From the IMG/VR virus record IMGVR_UViG_3300027792_000010: a DNA stretch of 64,000 bases. One strand, given 5' to 3'. The position numbers were made by a program, and so were the translations under genes. Source of the DNA: a virus. The notes under the pieces are model-generated. The model was not told the DNA's origin. It ran no database searches and worked only from the letters and a program-made list of their open reading frames with translations. Positions within the stretch are counted from its first letter, which is position 1. Each line of letters begins with the position of its first letter. This document shows positions 8,031 through 18,508 of this stretch, piece after piece.

Positions 8031-8318
8031 TTAAGAGGAAGGTTCTATCGCTGTTTTTAGTTTGAGAGGAGGGCCGGAGAGAATGGAGTCTACAACCTCA
8101 CAACGTTCCCTATGCCCAGTAAAAGCTATGGTTTTTCCTTTTGTATGAGCCTTCAAAGTAATATCCATAGCTTTTTCGGGGGTACATCTTGTGGCCTTCA
8201 TTACTTGAGCTACAACAGCATCGAATGGGTTTACATCGTCATTGAACAAAATGACATTATAAGGCTTACCAAGGATATTAGCAACTTTACTTAAATCTTT
8301 GTTTACTGTTAATTCCAT
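8031..8318 (-). CDS. clpS: ClpS-like N-end-rule adaptor
   Basis: 'YNVILFNDDVNPFDAVVAQV...AMDITLKAHTKGK...G..ERCE' ClpS signature. Confidence 0.88.
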   Translation of the reverse strand: MELTVNKDLSKVANILGKPYNVILFNDDVNPFDAVVAQVMKATRCTPEKAMDITLKAHTKGKTIAFTGHRERCEVVDSILSGPPLKLKTAIEPSS

Positions 8319-8482
8319 AACTACTAAACCTTGTCCATCGTTACTTCTGGTTTATCCTCTGGAATTTTTTCAGACTTCTTTTTCTCTGCCTCTTCCATCT
8401 TTCTCACAAGGAAATTATAGATCACTTTTATAGTGATAACTACAGCAACAACAATTGTAATCTTTTTCCACATACTTACTCC

Positions 8483-9424
8483 TTATTCAAAGTGAATACG
8501 TTTGATTGCATCTACAAACATACTTGATACATCGATTGTTTGAATGAACTCCTCTGAGTAATCTATTCCTGGTCTCCAAACTGTATTTGTAACATGTACT
8601 TTATTTATTGGGGATCTCTTCATATCCCATATAGCATCCTTAGTTAGTATTCCGTGTATAGCACAAGCATGAATTTCTATCGCTCCATTTGACTTAAGAA
8701 CTTCTGCAGCCTTTATCATGGACTTACCCGAGGCTATCTCGTCATCAATAATAATGCATATTCTACCTTTAACATTTCCAACTAGACTTGTAATTTGAGG
8801 ATTCTCCGTATCATCAACACGAATTTTACTCATGTATGCTACGGGAAGCTGACATAGCTCAGCGTACTCTGTAACCATTTTAGAGCTACCAGAGTCCAGG
8901 GCAACTAAAGTGGTCTTGTTGAAGGATACCTCTTTCTTAAGGTATTGATAGATTATCTCTTTCGGTACAAGATGATCTGTAGGAATCCTAAAAAATCCCT
9001 GAGTTTGCGGAGAATGTAAATTCATGAACATTGCACGGCTGGCACCTGCGGTTTGAAGAAGATCCGCCAGAAGACGAGCAGTGATAGATGTTCTGGACTC
9101 CCCCCGTTTGTCTGACCTGCAGTACGGATAATAAGGAAGAACGACTGTGATACGTCCGGCGCTTGCGTGCTTGAGAGTATCGATCATTATGAGCAGTTCC
9201 ATTATTCGTTCATTCTGATTAGGATAATTAGGCTGTATGATAAAGATATCATCACCGCGAACAGACTCTTCCACCTTAAATTTGATGTTGTCATTAGAAA
9301 ATATCAAAGAAGTTGTTTTCAATCTGGGAAGATAACTTTCTGTCACCAAATATTCTAACAATTTCGATTCAATCATATTATATAAGGGAAGTTGCTCACA
9401 TCCTGTCATGATGCGAAGTCTCAT
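8483..9424 (-). CDS. prs: Ribose-phosphate pyrophosphokinase family protein
   Basis: 'IKFKVEESVRGDDIFII', 'PYYPYCRSDK', 'LHSPQTQGFF', PRTase loop 'IIIDDEIASGKS'. Confidence 0.93.
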   Translation of the reverse strand: MRLRIMTGCEQLPLYNMIESKLLEYLVTESYLPRLKTTSLIFSNDNIKFKVEESVRGDDIFIIQPNYPNQNERIMELLIMIDTLKHASAGRITVVLPYYPYCRSDKRGESRTSITARLLADLLQTAGASRAMFMNLHSPQTQGFFRIPTDHLVPKEIIYQYLKKEVSFNKTTLVALDSGSSKMVTEYAELCQLPVAYMSKIRVDDTENPQITSLVGNVKGRICIIIDDEIASGKSMIKAAEVLKSNGAIEIHACAIHGILTKDAIWDMKRSPINKVHVTNTVWRPGIDYSEEFIQTIDVSSMFVDAIKRIHFE

Positions 9425-9438
9425 GCCTACCTCCTATT

Positions 9439-10410
9439 TCAATTAACTCTAAAAAGGTTGTCTCCTGATCCAGGCGAAACTTCACATCCTGAATTTTTTT
9501 CACTTGCACTATTAGACCGATTATTTGTTACATCAGTAAGCTTTTCTTCTGGTTTATTAGATTCAGTTTTCTTTTCATCATCTACATGGTTCTGTATACT
9601 GATCAGAATATCTTCTACTTCATAGACTATATTTTGAAACTTTGGAGTTCTTTTCAATTCCGCACTTCTATCACAGGGCAAATCAACGGTCATCTTTTGT
9701 ACAATCTTTCCTGGATTTGCCCTCATAAAGAATATTTCATCCCCGAGGTATACAGCCTCTGAAATGTCGTGCGTAACAAATATAATCGTTGTGCGTATCT
9801 TTGACCAAATTTCACATAACAAATCTTGCATTTTTAAGCGAGTATTCACATCTAGAGCGCCGAAAGGTTCATCCATCAGAAGTATCTCAGGTGCTGAAAC
9901 TAAGCTACGGGCAATAGCTACACGCTGAAGCTGACCACCAGACAATGTGGGGTATTTAGCATATTTACTTTCATGTCCCTCCAGACCTACTAACTTAATC
10001 ATCTCCATAGCTTTTTCATGACGTTCTTTTTTTGGTACCCCTTTGAACTTAAGCCCAAGGGCTACGTTGTCGAGCACACTAAGCCAGGGAAATGAACTAT
10101 ACTGCTGGAACACCATTCCTACTTTGATGCTCTTTTCGATAGTTTTTCCACTAATGAGCACTTCTCCCGACGTAGGTTTTTGCAATCCTGATATATATCT
10201 GAGTAGAGTAGATTTACCAGATCCTGATACGCCTAATATAACTACGAACTTGCCTTTTTCGGAGTTATCCTCTATAAGCAGGTTGAGATCTTGTATAATG
10301 CTGGCACTGCTACCATTATACCTCTGAGATATATCCTTAAGTTCTATAATATCGTGGGCATTTGTATTCGTAAAAATAACATTATCATTGTACATACTAT
10401 ACCTCTTCAT
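9439..10410 (-). CDS. ABC transporter ATP-binding subunit (TauB/NitT/SsuB type)
   Basis: Walker A GVSGSGKS, signature LSGGQLQR, Walker B LLMDEPFGALD, 'FVTHDISEA'. Confidence 0.95.
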   Translation of the reverse strand: MKRYSMYNDNVIFTNTNAHDIIELKDISQRYNGSSASIIQDLNLLIEDNSEKGKFVVILGVSGSGKSTLLRYISGLQKPTSGEVLISGKTIEKSIKVGMVFQQYSSFPWLSVLDNVALGLKFKGVPKKERHEKAMEMIKLVGLEGHESKYAKYPTLSGGQLQRVAIARSLVSAPEILLMDEPFGALDVNTRLKMQDLLCEIWSKIRTTIIFVTHDISEAVYLGDEIFFMRANPGKIVQKMTVDLPCDRSAELKRTPKFQNIVYEVEDILISIQNHVDDEKKTESNKPEEKLTDVTNNRSNSASEKNSGCEVSPGSGDNLFRVN

Positions 10411-10648
10411 CGGTAGGGTATAAAAGTGTAAAAGTTTTAGCAGTTTTTTTAGCAGTTTTTAAAGCTATAAGAATTTTATCTACAGACTCTATTACTTGAA
10501 TTGTATCTCTATTTGTTAATATTGTCGTATACCCATGCCCCTCTGATATGTAGTCTATTTTATCTATAGGTATAATAACCCTTAATCCTTTATCTATTTT
10601 ACCTGTAATAAGTCTTGAGCAAATAAGAAAACCAGAATTTTTACCCAC
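10397..10648 (-). CDS. Small hypothetical protein (weak FlbD-like resemblance)
   Basis: 'IPIDKIDYI...TTILTNRDTIQVIESVDKIL' pattern; recalled resemblance only. Confidence 0.4.
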   Translation of the reverse strand: MGKNSGFLICSRLITGKIDKGLRVIIPIDKIDYISEGHGYTTILTNRDTIQVIESVDKILIALKTAKKTAKTFTLLYPTDEEV

Positions 10649-10659
10649 TTAGTCACCTC

Positions 10660-11469
10660 TCAAATATATTTGTAAGGGAATAGTTTTTTGTCCAACCACA
10701 TAAAGATCCTATCCTGCACAAACCCAATCAAAACTATCATGATCAGGACAGCAAACACTTTGTCGATACGACTCTGACGGGCAGCTGTATAGGCTAATGC
10801 CCCGATACCACCTGACCTATTTACTAGTTCAGCTACAATGATGTATGTCCAGGAAATCGCTACAAGCACTCTAATGTCATCTGATATTTTGGCGAATACT
10901 GAGGGAAAGAAAACACTGAAAATCATCTGCCACCTATTAGCTCCGAGAGTTTTAGCAGTTTGTTGATGAACAACTTCTACTTCATCTATCCTTTGAACAA
11001 CTACTGGAAGCATATAGACTATGATACCGAAAGCCAAGAACTGAACCTTCATATTAGTATCGATACCGAACCATGCAATAAAAACACCAACCACAGCGGT
11101 AAGCGGTATGAATCTGGAAGCACTGATATATCTACTGAAGAGACTACGGAAGAAAGGAAACAATCCGATAGGAAAACCTATCAGGACGGCTATTATTACT
11201 GCTTCTACATATCCTAAGATATTAAGTTTGATAGAAAACAGAGTATTTGTGAATATACTATCTTTAATATACAATTCTTTGAAAGAAGTTATTACCATCC
11301 ACGGCGAAGGAAGCAAGGACTCAGGTATGAGCTTGAGGGATGTTATGATACCCCATATACCCAACAGAACTACAAATCCTGCTATTTCGATAATAAGCAT
11401 TGTTTTCTTGGGGAGTGCTCCACGAATTTCAAACAGATTATCAAGATCTTTCATATAAGTATTCTCCAA
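10660..11469 (-). CDS. ABC transporter permease (TauC/SsuC type)
   Basis: Multiple TM segments, 'LLPSPWMV', EAA-loop 'AKTLGANRWQMIFSV', 'SWTYIIVAELV'. Confidence 0.93.
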   Translation of the reverse strand: MENTYMKDLDNLFEIRGALPKKTMLIIEIAGFVVLLGIWGIITSLKLIPESLLPSPWMVITSFKELYIKDSIFTNTLFSIKLNILGYVEAVIIAVLIGFPIGLFPFFRSLFSRYISASRFIPLTAVVGVFIAWFGIDTNMKVQFLAFGIIVYMLPVVVQRIDEVEVVHQQTAKTLGANRWQMIFSVFFPSVFAKISDDIRVLVAISWTYIIVAELVNRSGGIGALAYTAARQSRIDKVFAVLIMIVLIGFVQDRIFMWLDKKLFPYKYI

Positions 11470-11473
11470 GGGC

Positions 11474-11671
11474 TCAAATTTTGTCTGATAAAGTAATTAC
11501 AGTTACCTCTGAACCTTTTTCTACCTCAGAAGAAACAGCCTGTCCATAATTATAATATTGAGTACCATACTTAGTAATTAAATTTCTCTTATGTTCTATT
11601 GTAGCAGAAGCATAAGATTCTTTTATAACTTCTTCCCCATCTATTGTGATTGAAACTTGTACTACTGACAT
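11474..11671 (-). CDS. Hypothetical protein
   Basis: ORF track, in the operon, with SD. Confidence 0.5.
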   Translation of the reverse strand: MSVVQVSITIDGEEVIKESYASATIEHKRNLITKYGTQYYNYGQAVSSEVEKGSEVTVITLSDKI

Positions 11672-11758
11672 TATTTACCTCAATTTTTTATAAGATATAC
11701 GGTGAGCTAAAGAAAAGCTCCCCAAGCAAAAGTGCATGGGGAGTTTCCAAGGTGGGAC

Positions 11759-13324
11759 TTACTCCCCGAGCAACTCAAACGCTGTATTACGATTCTGCGC
11801 TCGTCCATCCTCAGTATCATTGGTGGCAACAGGCTTATCAGGGCCATTACCTACAACAATGAACCTATTTTTGTCGAAACCCCATCGACTAGTGAGATAC
11901 CCTACAACTGATTTGGCACGGTTCAGGGAAAGAGTTTTATTCATGGTATAGTCACCTGTGTTATCTGTATTGCCTTCCACACGGATACGACACTTTGCAA
12001 AGCTCTTGGCTATATCTGCAAATTCCTTATCAATTTTGTAACGGCACTCATCACATAGTACGTAGGCACCAGTTTCGAAGTTTACGGTAACACGCTTAGT
12101 TGCAAATGCTTCCTTACTTGCTATTGCCGCAGTGGGCTTGGTGAAAGTAGCCGACGCTTCTGCAACTTGTTCTGGCCCGGTTAAGTTAAGGATACTTTTT
12201 AGAATTATTGTGCTAGACACGGTGCGCCATGATGGAACAGTAGACTGGTCGGGCAGTGATTCCTTGAATACTAAGGAAATCTGCGGGATGGCAGTCGCTG
12301 TTTTTTCGTATAAGTCTTCGCCCTTGATGCCATTATAATCACCATTGAGGTTGAAGAACTGAACATTGTCTCCGTAGGTGCAGAGACGGGCATTCAAGAT
12401 ATTCATGACTTCCTCTGGCTGATTAAATGCTGTAGACATTAGTTTCTGAGCAGAAGCGCGTACTGCATCAGAGCTATTGATTTCGGCAGCTGCTTTGAAC
12501 CAACCTTCGGCAAATTTTCTCAAATCATCCTGTCTAGTCAGAAGGACGGAATTTTTGACATAGAAAATATCAGCAATGGTATTGGACGCATCTTTTGTGC
12601 TTCGAAGGATTTTTGAACCTGCGACACTTTTGATACAATCCTGGTCATCAGGTGACCATACAACAGCGGCATCCACTTTACCTGCCTTGAAATAGGAGGC
12701 GGCATCCAAAGCTGTAGGCGCTTTGATTACTTCGATGTCACTATACTTCAGACCGCCTGCAGAGAGTACCCACAAGAGGAGTGTCTGAGAGGGAGTACCA
12801 AAAGCAACAGCAATGCGCTTACCCTTAAGGTCTTGAACATTATTGATACCAGAGGCTACGACGATGACATCACCACCACGGGACCAGTCGATCTGCATGA
12901 AGACTTTTGGTTCTAAATTAACTATGTTCGGGAAGAATGTTGATAGCACATCAGCGGTATTGCATACCACATCGTACTGATCGGCTTTCCAACCGTCGAG
13001 AATGTTCTGGAAGTCGTCATTAATACTGAACTCTACTTCCACACCATCCTGAGTGAATCGGGATGTCGAAGAGGGTTTCAGACCTCCATTGTAGTATACG
13101 CCAGGGGCGAATCCTACCCAGGTATTCAAGCATACCCGGAGTGCTTTGGACTTGCTGCCGCCAAACAGACCTTTGGACGGGGTTTCCGAAGCTGCTTTTG
13201 GTGCAGGTTTTGGAATCCAACCTTGTTTGTTAGCGAACTGGTAGCCGAAGAAACCACCGCCTATTACAAGGGCAATAATGAGAATCTTCGCAAACGGGGT
13301 AAGTTGAGGGGCTTTGTTAGCCAT
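11759..13324 (-). CDS. ABC substrate-binding protein (NMT1/THI5/SsuA-like) fused to a C-terminal OmpA-like peptidoglycan-binding domain
   Basis: TM anchor; 'DWSRGGDVIV...VQDLKGKRIAV'; OmpA 'VNFETG...IRVEGNTDNTG..LSLNRAKSV...G.GPDKPVATN...RAQNR'. Confidence 0.9.
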   Translation of the reverse strand: MANKAPQLTPFAKILIIALVIGGGFFGYQFANKQGWIPKPAPKAASETPSKGLFGGSKSKALRVCLNTWVGFAPGVYYNGGLKPSSTSRFTQDGVEVEFSINDDFQNILDGWKADQYDVVCNTADVLSTFFPNIVNLEPKVFMQIDWSRGGDVIVVASGINNVQDLKGKRIAVAFGTPSQTLLLWVLSAGGLKYSDIEVIKAPTALDAASYFKAGKVDAAVVWSPDDQDCIKSVAGSKILRSTKDASNTIADIFYVKNSVLLTRQDDLRKFAEGWFKAAAEINSSDAVRASAQKLMSTAFNQPEEVMNILNARLCTYGDNVQFFNLNGDYNGIKGEDLYEKTATAIPQISLVFKESLPDQSTVPSWRTVSSTIILKSILNLTGPEQVAEASATFTKPTAAIASKEAFATKRVTVNFETGAYVLCDECRYKIDKEFADIAKSFAKCRIRVEGNTDNTGDYTMNKTLSLNRAKSVVGYLTSRWGFDKNRFIVVGNGPDKPVATNDTEDGRAQNRNTAFELLGE

Positions 13325-13354
13325 AAGTAAAACTCCTTAATAGATTGTGATTAG

Positions 13355-14380
13355 TTATTTGAATAATGTATTATACTGATTTATATGATCTGTATAGCTT
13401 CCAGCTTGTGCCTCTGTATCAAGATTAATAACTTCTTTATCGTCATTGGCCTTATTGATGAGATTGCTCTTATCATCCCCTAGGATAAAGGAATCAGCAT
13501 TCTTTTCCCATTCCTCAAGCATTTTAAGACCCTTCTCCTCAAATACACCATTCTGTAGGTCAATACCTTCCATGAAGTTCTTTGAGACATCCATAAATCT
13601 TTCCATCTCACCAATCTTATTGCTGAGATCAGTTGCCATGAATTCTAAAGCTTGCTCAAATATAGCTCTCTGGTCAGCATTACCATTGACTACGCTCATT
13701 GCAGACTTGATAGCCTTGTGGCTCTGTCGTATGACATTCCACTCGACCTCTTTTTGTTTGATCTGGTCTTCGGTGTCCTCATAGAGGATACCACAGTTTT
13801 CGTACATTTTACTCAACACTCGATAGATGACTTCCATCTTCGTATATAGCTTTTTGTACGTTACGTTGGAGTCACTCATACGACCAGCTTTTCGAGTCTT
13901 AAGAACCATGACGTTCTTCTGACCTCCCTTTTGCGCACGAGCTGCCAGATCAAGATTGTCTTTGATTTCCTTCTCGTTTGCTTCTATAATACTTTGAAGC
14001 TTTCGCATCTGCCCTTTTAGTAGTCCGATCTGCTCATTCATATTCTGAAGATTATCGTATAGCTGTCGAAGATAAGTCTTCAGGATAGAGATAGGATCTA
14101 GTTCAATGATCATCCCAGTCATCTTTCGAATGATTGTCTTGTAGAGATACGAGACAGCGGTACGGAACTTTGGGTCCATAACCAGAACTGCGATACCACC
14201 AATAACTCCAAGAAGTAGCAATAGGTGGAGAGTATTCTGCGCCAAGATGAGAAGAAACGGGAGTGCTTTTGCAAAAGCGTACACACCGCCGACGGCTAGT
14301 AGGGCAGCGATTACTGCACCTACCTTACCTTCTGGCTTTTGCCAAAATGATTTTAGATTCTGAGCATTAACCGGGTCCAT
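13355..14380 (-). CDS. Membrane-anchored coiled-coil protein, PspA/IM30-like
   Basis: Two N-terminal TM helices, 'LDPISILKTYLRQL' and a long coiled coil; inferred family. Confidence 0.6.
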   Translation of the reverse strand: MDPVNAQNLKSFWQKPEGKVGAVIAALLAVGGVYAFAKALPFLLILAQNTLHLLLLLGVIGGIAVLVMDPKFRTAVSYLYKTIIRKMTGMIIELDPISILKTYLRQLYDNLQNMNEQIGLLKGQMRKLQSIIEANEKEIKDNLDLAARAQKGGQKNVMVLKTRKAGRMSDSNVTYKKLYTKMEVIYRVLSKMYENCGILYEDTEDQIKQKEVEWNVIRQSHKAIKSAMSVVNGNADQRAIFEQALEFMATDLSNKIGEMERFMDVSKNFMEGIDLQNGVFEEKGLKMLEEWEKNADSFILGDDKSNLINKANDDKEVINLDTEAQAGSYTDHINQYNTLFK

Positions 14381-14389
14381 CCCTACCTC

Positions 14390-15064
14390 CTATTTTGTCC
14401 CTTGTGGGGTTAGATATGTTTTAATTTTGTCAATATCTGTGGTGATTTTATCTCTGAATGCTTTAAGCATGTTACTGAAGTTCACAGCTGTTCTTTCTAT
14501 TTTGGCTTTGTTATCATTAATTTCAGAAGAGAGCTTAGTCTTATTTTGCTGTAACGTATTAATCTGATTAGAGAGAGCCTGGATCTGACTGGCTACTTTT
14601 GCGATCTCACCATCAATACCATTAAGCTCAGTTTCTTTATCAGTTACATTATATTTCAACTGTTGGGCGGCAGCATCAGAAAACTTCTTATCCTCCTCAT
14701 CTAATACCTTAAGATATGCCTTGGCACTATTTATCAAGGTACCTACTGTAACACCCATTACAGCTGCCGTACTGCCTACGACTTGAAATCGAACACCCTC
14801 TGCTGGAACAGCTACCTTCTGTGCCTCTACTGCATTGATGAACTTCAGATAATCAAACCCAGGGGCGCTCGCACTTTCCATTGCGGTAGCCAGATGGATT
14901 CGAATACTCTCACTATCTTTATCACTCACCATAACAGGGGCTGAAGGTACCGCTGAGACTTGTGATAGTTGTGACGGTTGTACCGCTTTGACAGGCTCTG
15001 CTACTTGGGGACCTTTTTCCTCATCCCCACCTGTCACAAATAGCCCTTTCAGATTGAAAGCCAT
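14390..15064 (-). CDS. Coiled-coil protein co-transcribed with the PspA-like gene
   Basis: Likely start MAFNLK behind promoter 15092-15120; heptad-rich C-terminus. Confidence 0.65.
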   Translation of the reverse strand: MAFNLKGLFVTGGDEEKGPQVAEPVKAVQPSQLSQVSAVPSAPVMVSDKDSESIRIHLATAMESASAPGFDYLKFINAVEAQKVAVPAEGVRFQVVGSTAAVMGVTVGTLINSAKAYLKVLDEEDKKFSDAAAQQLKYNVTDKETELNGIDGEIAKVASQIQALSNQINTLQQNKTKLSSEINDNKAKIERTAVNFSNMLKAFRDKITTDIDKIKTYLTPQGTK

Positions 15065-15116
15065 AAGTATCTCCTTTTTAATATTCAAAATAATATACTT
15101 TTTTGAAAATCTATTA

Positions 15117-15479
15117 TCAAATATTTTTGTTATCATCAGCAGGCATAGTCAGGTCAAGCATATCCAATATACGAAAAAGGGATTCTTTTTCCTGTTCTTT
15201 CTCTTTTGAGGTCTTTATATCAAAAGCTGGAGGAACATAGGACGTAGTAGTATTTGCTTCTGATACCCCAAACATTTCTGTAAGGGCTTCTCTACCCCGA
15301 ATAATGGTTGGATGCTGGTTGGCCTCTTTAATTTCAGAAAGAAGCTCTTCTTTGGTGACCATACCTTTTTGTAGAAGTATCTTCTGAATTGCATAATTAG
15401 TAGCCATTACAGAAGTAACTCTTTTGATCGTGGCTTCCATAAATTTCAAAAGAACATTACTTTCAGAACTGGAGAGCAT
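15117..15479 (-). CDS. Hypothetical protein
   Basis: ORF track, SD GAGG. Confidence 0.55.
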   Translation of the reverse strand: MLSSSESNVLLKFMEATIKRVTSVMATNYAIQKILLQKGMVTKEELLSEIKEANQHPTIIRGREALTEMFGVSEANTTTSYVPPAFDIKTSKEKEQEKESLFRILDMLDLTMPADDNKNI

Positions 15480-15702
15480 AATTACCTCAACATTTTTTTA
15501 TAATTGTTATTCAATAGTGGCTCTTTAGCATAGAAGATTTTGTACTCTAAGATGCCACCGCCAACTACTAACCGAGTCGTGTGAAACTGCTTCGACTCAA
15601 CTTCATTTATAGCGTAGTACTGCATTGCAAAATATCCTTATAATAAGGTTCTCGAAGACTCTCGCAAAAACTGGTATATAACTTTTGACAAATGTGAGCC
15701 GT

Positions 15703-16014
15703 CTACACCAGCACTTCACCGCATTTTGGGCAGTGATTATAACTCGAAGGCCACTCAACCCCACAGCACTCTGGTATAAATGAGGCAATAGGCTTATTAG
15801 ATGCTATAACCGAATCTTTGCCATTTAAGGTAGATAAAGAGTATCCATCTTTTTTACCTTGCTCGCCCCTTGTTAAATGCCATAAAACTCGCTGAGCAGT
15901 AATATCTAATAAAACAGTCATGTGATAGTCAAAATCGTCAGAAACATTATCTTTTGCGAGCAAAACAAATTCGTTAATTGTTTTTATCGCTTTAAAAAGC
16001 TTATTAAAATTCAT
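15703..16014 (-). CDS. Hypothetical protein with C-terminal CxxC motifs (degenerate cassette)
   Basis: ORF track; ends 'YNHCPKCGEVLV'. Confidence 0.5.
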   Translation of the reverse strand: MNFNKLFKAIKTINEFVLLAKDNVSDDFDYHMTVLLDITAQRVLWHLTRGEQGKKDGYSLSTLNGKDSVIASNKPIASFIPECCGVEWPSSYNHCPKCGEVLV

Positions 16015-16841
16015 AAATCCCCAATTTAAAAGTGGTTATTTCGTGGCTGTTATGGATGGTGCTCACTATTTCCCTTGCTTTTTATTAATGCAATCTTCTC
16101 TTTAAATGCGTCATAGGTATGTCCTGATACACCACCGTGTAATGATAGATAACCTGCTAAAAGTTCAAAGTTAGATATCTCTGATAAAGTCCAGCCCCTA
16201 ACTTTTATATATTTAAACAACATAGAAAAGAAATATCTATAATCTTTTTTAATTTCACGTACCCACCACGGTATCTTATTTTTTCTTAATGCAGACTTCT
16301 ATAGCACGAGGCTGTTGTGCATTGTTTGGATGAATTTCCGTAATTTTAGAGATGCAAGATGATTTATAGCACCATACGTTGTCTGGACATTTTATACCAT
16401 GCTGCTCCCCACAATAACTATAACGAAATGGACACTCTTTCATAAGCACCTCCTATTAAATAAAAACTCAAAAAATTATGTCATGTACTGATAATTACTT
16501 AAGAATAAGTACAAAATACATAATCCTTAATGTAAAGCCGTTCCGAGCTGCGGCTGTTGTGCTCGGCCTGTTGTTCGGTGTGGAGCACAGGTTCTGCCAG
16601 TTTAACGCATCCCGGCTCCTTTAGGCACCGATGCCCTGGACTATAAAGTTTGCCACAATAAATACATGGATGCTGCATTTTACCTCCTGCCGCGCCTATC
16701 TGTAAAGACTCAGCGCAGCATTTCTTACAACGTCTCTGCAACTGGTGCTGGAAACGCCTATAATAGAAATCAATCCTTAGTGTCTTGCGTTTCTGGCATC
16801 CCTTGCTGTGTTGGCTGCTGTCTGCCGGTTCTCCGCAATTT

Positions 16842-17223
16842 TCAGGCGCGGCATCTTCCGTAATCCACATGATGTATTGATTTCTCTTTAGTTGGGCCTA
16901 CGTCATACGTACATGATACGCACCCAAATAAAAAATTACCAGATTTTCCGTGAAGAGCGTCTTCAAGAGTTAACATTTTAGATGGTGGAAACTTTTTATC
17001 TATGGAACTATCACTCCACGAGAGTCCCACTTCTATAAGTTCCCTTATAGGGCAATCCTGTAAAGCCTGACGTGCTTTTCCAAATCCATTAGTTTTTGAT
17101 TTATTAATATTTAGTGTTACGCATAAAAGATTGGGCCATCTCCTCATAATATGAGAATCCTCTATAGAATACCCAGCATCCTTGATAATCTTTAATACTG
17201 TATGTCTGGATTTTAATTTCATG
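16842..17223 (-). CDS. Cassette ORF, hypothetical
   Basis: Start moved to MKLKSRH (SD AAGGA) downstream of attC 17272-17331. Confidence 0.55.
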
Positions 17224-17342
17224 GTTTCCTTTCTTGCCGCGCCCCACCAGTTCCAAAAACAGGCAGATTTCAGCCAACGTGTTTCCGCATTGTGCAGTGA
17301 GCTTTGGCATTGCATAATGCGGCTGTTGTAAGATGTAAATTT

Positions 17343-17597
17343 TTATTCATTAGTGCCTTGCGGCGCGTCTTCGTCTGTAATAATCATATGCACCTTTGGT
17401 TCTCCAATAACGGTTATTTTCCTCTGGTGGTGCTTAATTCCACCAATAACGCTTTCTGCATTGATAAATCGCATCTCTGTTTTGAAATCATCCAACGCTT
17501 GCTTGTGTACCTGAGATACCGACGTGCTACCATCCCACACAGAATCGCCGGGAATTTCTAATTCAACAGTTACTGTTGCACGGACTCTTGTTTTCAT
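17343..17597 (-). CDS. Cassette ORF, hypothetical
   Basis: ORF between attC 17638 and attC 17272. Confidence 0.6.
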   Translation of the reverse strand: MKTRVRATVTVELEIPGDSVWDGSTSVSQVHKQALDDFKTEMRFINAESVIGGIKHHQRKITVIGEPKVHMIITDEDAPQGTNE

Positions 17598-17649
17598 CTT
17601 AGCGCCGCCTATAATTTAAGGTTTAAAAATTTATTTCTTACAACGTTTA

Positions 17650-17895
17650 CTAAACGGCTGATAGTTTTGCGTCGATCTGCTCCAAAAGCCCCTTGACACT
17701 ACCCATATCATCAGCACACGCACACTGTTTGGTACGCTGAATAAGCAGCAAAATTTCAGCCTTTAGCTGTTGTAGGCTGTTACCGTTTTCTTCCACTGAT
17801 TTTATGGCGGCATCCCATATATTTTGAGACCCCGGTTGAAAACTGTGTTTTGCGTACCATTCGCTACGGAACTCATCCAATGTTTTGGCCGCCAT
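17650..17895 (-). CDS. Cassette ORF whose C-terminus is encoded by the attC
   Basis: Start MAAKTL (SD GGAGG); 'LQQLKAEI...AKLSAV' spans attC 17638-17775. Confidence 0.65.
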   Translation of the reverse strand: MAAKTLDEFRSEWYAKHSFQPGSQNIWDAAIKSVEENGNSLQQLKAEILLLIQRTKQCACADDMGSVKGLLEQIDAKLSAV

Positions 17896-17956
17896 GTTAT
17901 ACCTCCAGAAAAAACGGTAATTGACTACAACGGTTGACAAATGGCAGTAGTTTGCC

Positions 17957-18202
17957 CTACCACCAAAAATCGCAATACTCACAATGTTTAGACCCATTAC
18001 GCATATCCTTACCTTCACCAGAGCAATTAGGGCAAATTATTGCCTTTGTTTGTTGTTGGCTGTTAAAATTTTCTTCCAATGGTTTTAAAGGCGAAGGCTT
18101 ACAATTCCTTTCCTCTTCAAAATCTGGCATTGGCGAATTTCTAAATGTTTCTTTAAGACGCTTTTTTATCTCTTCTGAGCCTGACATATAATATCCTTTC
18201 AA
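17957..18202 (-). CDS. First cassette ORF of array A (CxxCxG motifs)
   Basis: Follows the attI-like GTT; C-terminus runs inside attC 17925-18058. Confidence 0.55.
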   Translation of the reverse strand: MKGYYMSGSEEIKKRLKETFRNSPMPDFEEERNCKPSPLKPLEENFNSQQQTKAIICPNCSGEGKDMRNGSKHCEYCDFWW

Positions 18203-18223
18203 AATTTTAATGGCCTACAACTA

Positions 18224-18287
18224 TCTATTATACGACAGTACCTTGTGTAACTCTTTGATTTTCTTTTAGATAAAATTTTTGAAATTT
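18224..18287. repeat. 64-bp direct repeat (attI-like), copy 1
   Basis: 63/64 identical to 51598..51661; each copy is immediately followed (minus strand) by the first GTTGT of a cassette array and contains TATAAT. Confidence 0.92.
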
Positions 18288-18467
18288 TCCTGTTATTCTA
18301 CTTAAAGGATAGCCGTCTTGTATTAAAGCTCTAATTACAGCATATCTAATATATTTAGAACGTGAAATTTTTAATTTTCTGCCTTGATGCTCACACCCAT
18401 AAGCTAAAATAGGCTCCAGATAAATCTTATAATCACACCGTATTTTATCAGATAATTTTGCTATCAT
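18228..18467 (-). CDS. Small ribbon-helix-helix-like DNA-binding protein; 3' end overlaps the attI-like site
   Basis: 'ISRSKYIRYAVIRAL' RHH-type helix; behind promoter 18474. Confidence 0.5.
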   Translation of the reverse strand: MIAKLSDKIRCDYKIYLEPILAYGCEHQGRKLKISRSKYIRYAVIRALIQDGYPLSRITGKFQKFYLKENQRVTQGTVV

Positions 18468-18508
18468 ACATATAATATACTTTTTTGAAAGACTTTTATA
18501 AAAAATTA

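Larger units (their letters stand above)
16314..18287 (-). mobile_element. Integron-like cassette array A (attC-type sites plus attI-like site, no integrase in the window)
   Basis: Imperfect palindromes ..AAC-N2-Lbox...Lbox-N5-6-GTT.. at 17925-18058, 17638-17775, 17272-17331, 16725-16816; half-sites at 16556 and 16314; first GTT at 18215-18221 follows a 64-bp segment shared with array B. Confidence 0.8.

Noticed and set aside
15560-15630. Additional attC at the distal end of array A (GAGTCG/CGACTC hairpin ending GTTGG)
   Set aside because: No matching AAC box at the proper spacing; it may be a decayed site but cannot be supported.
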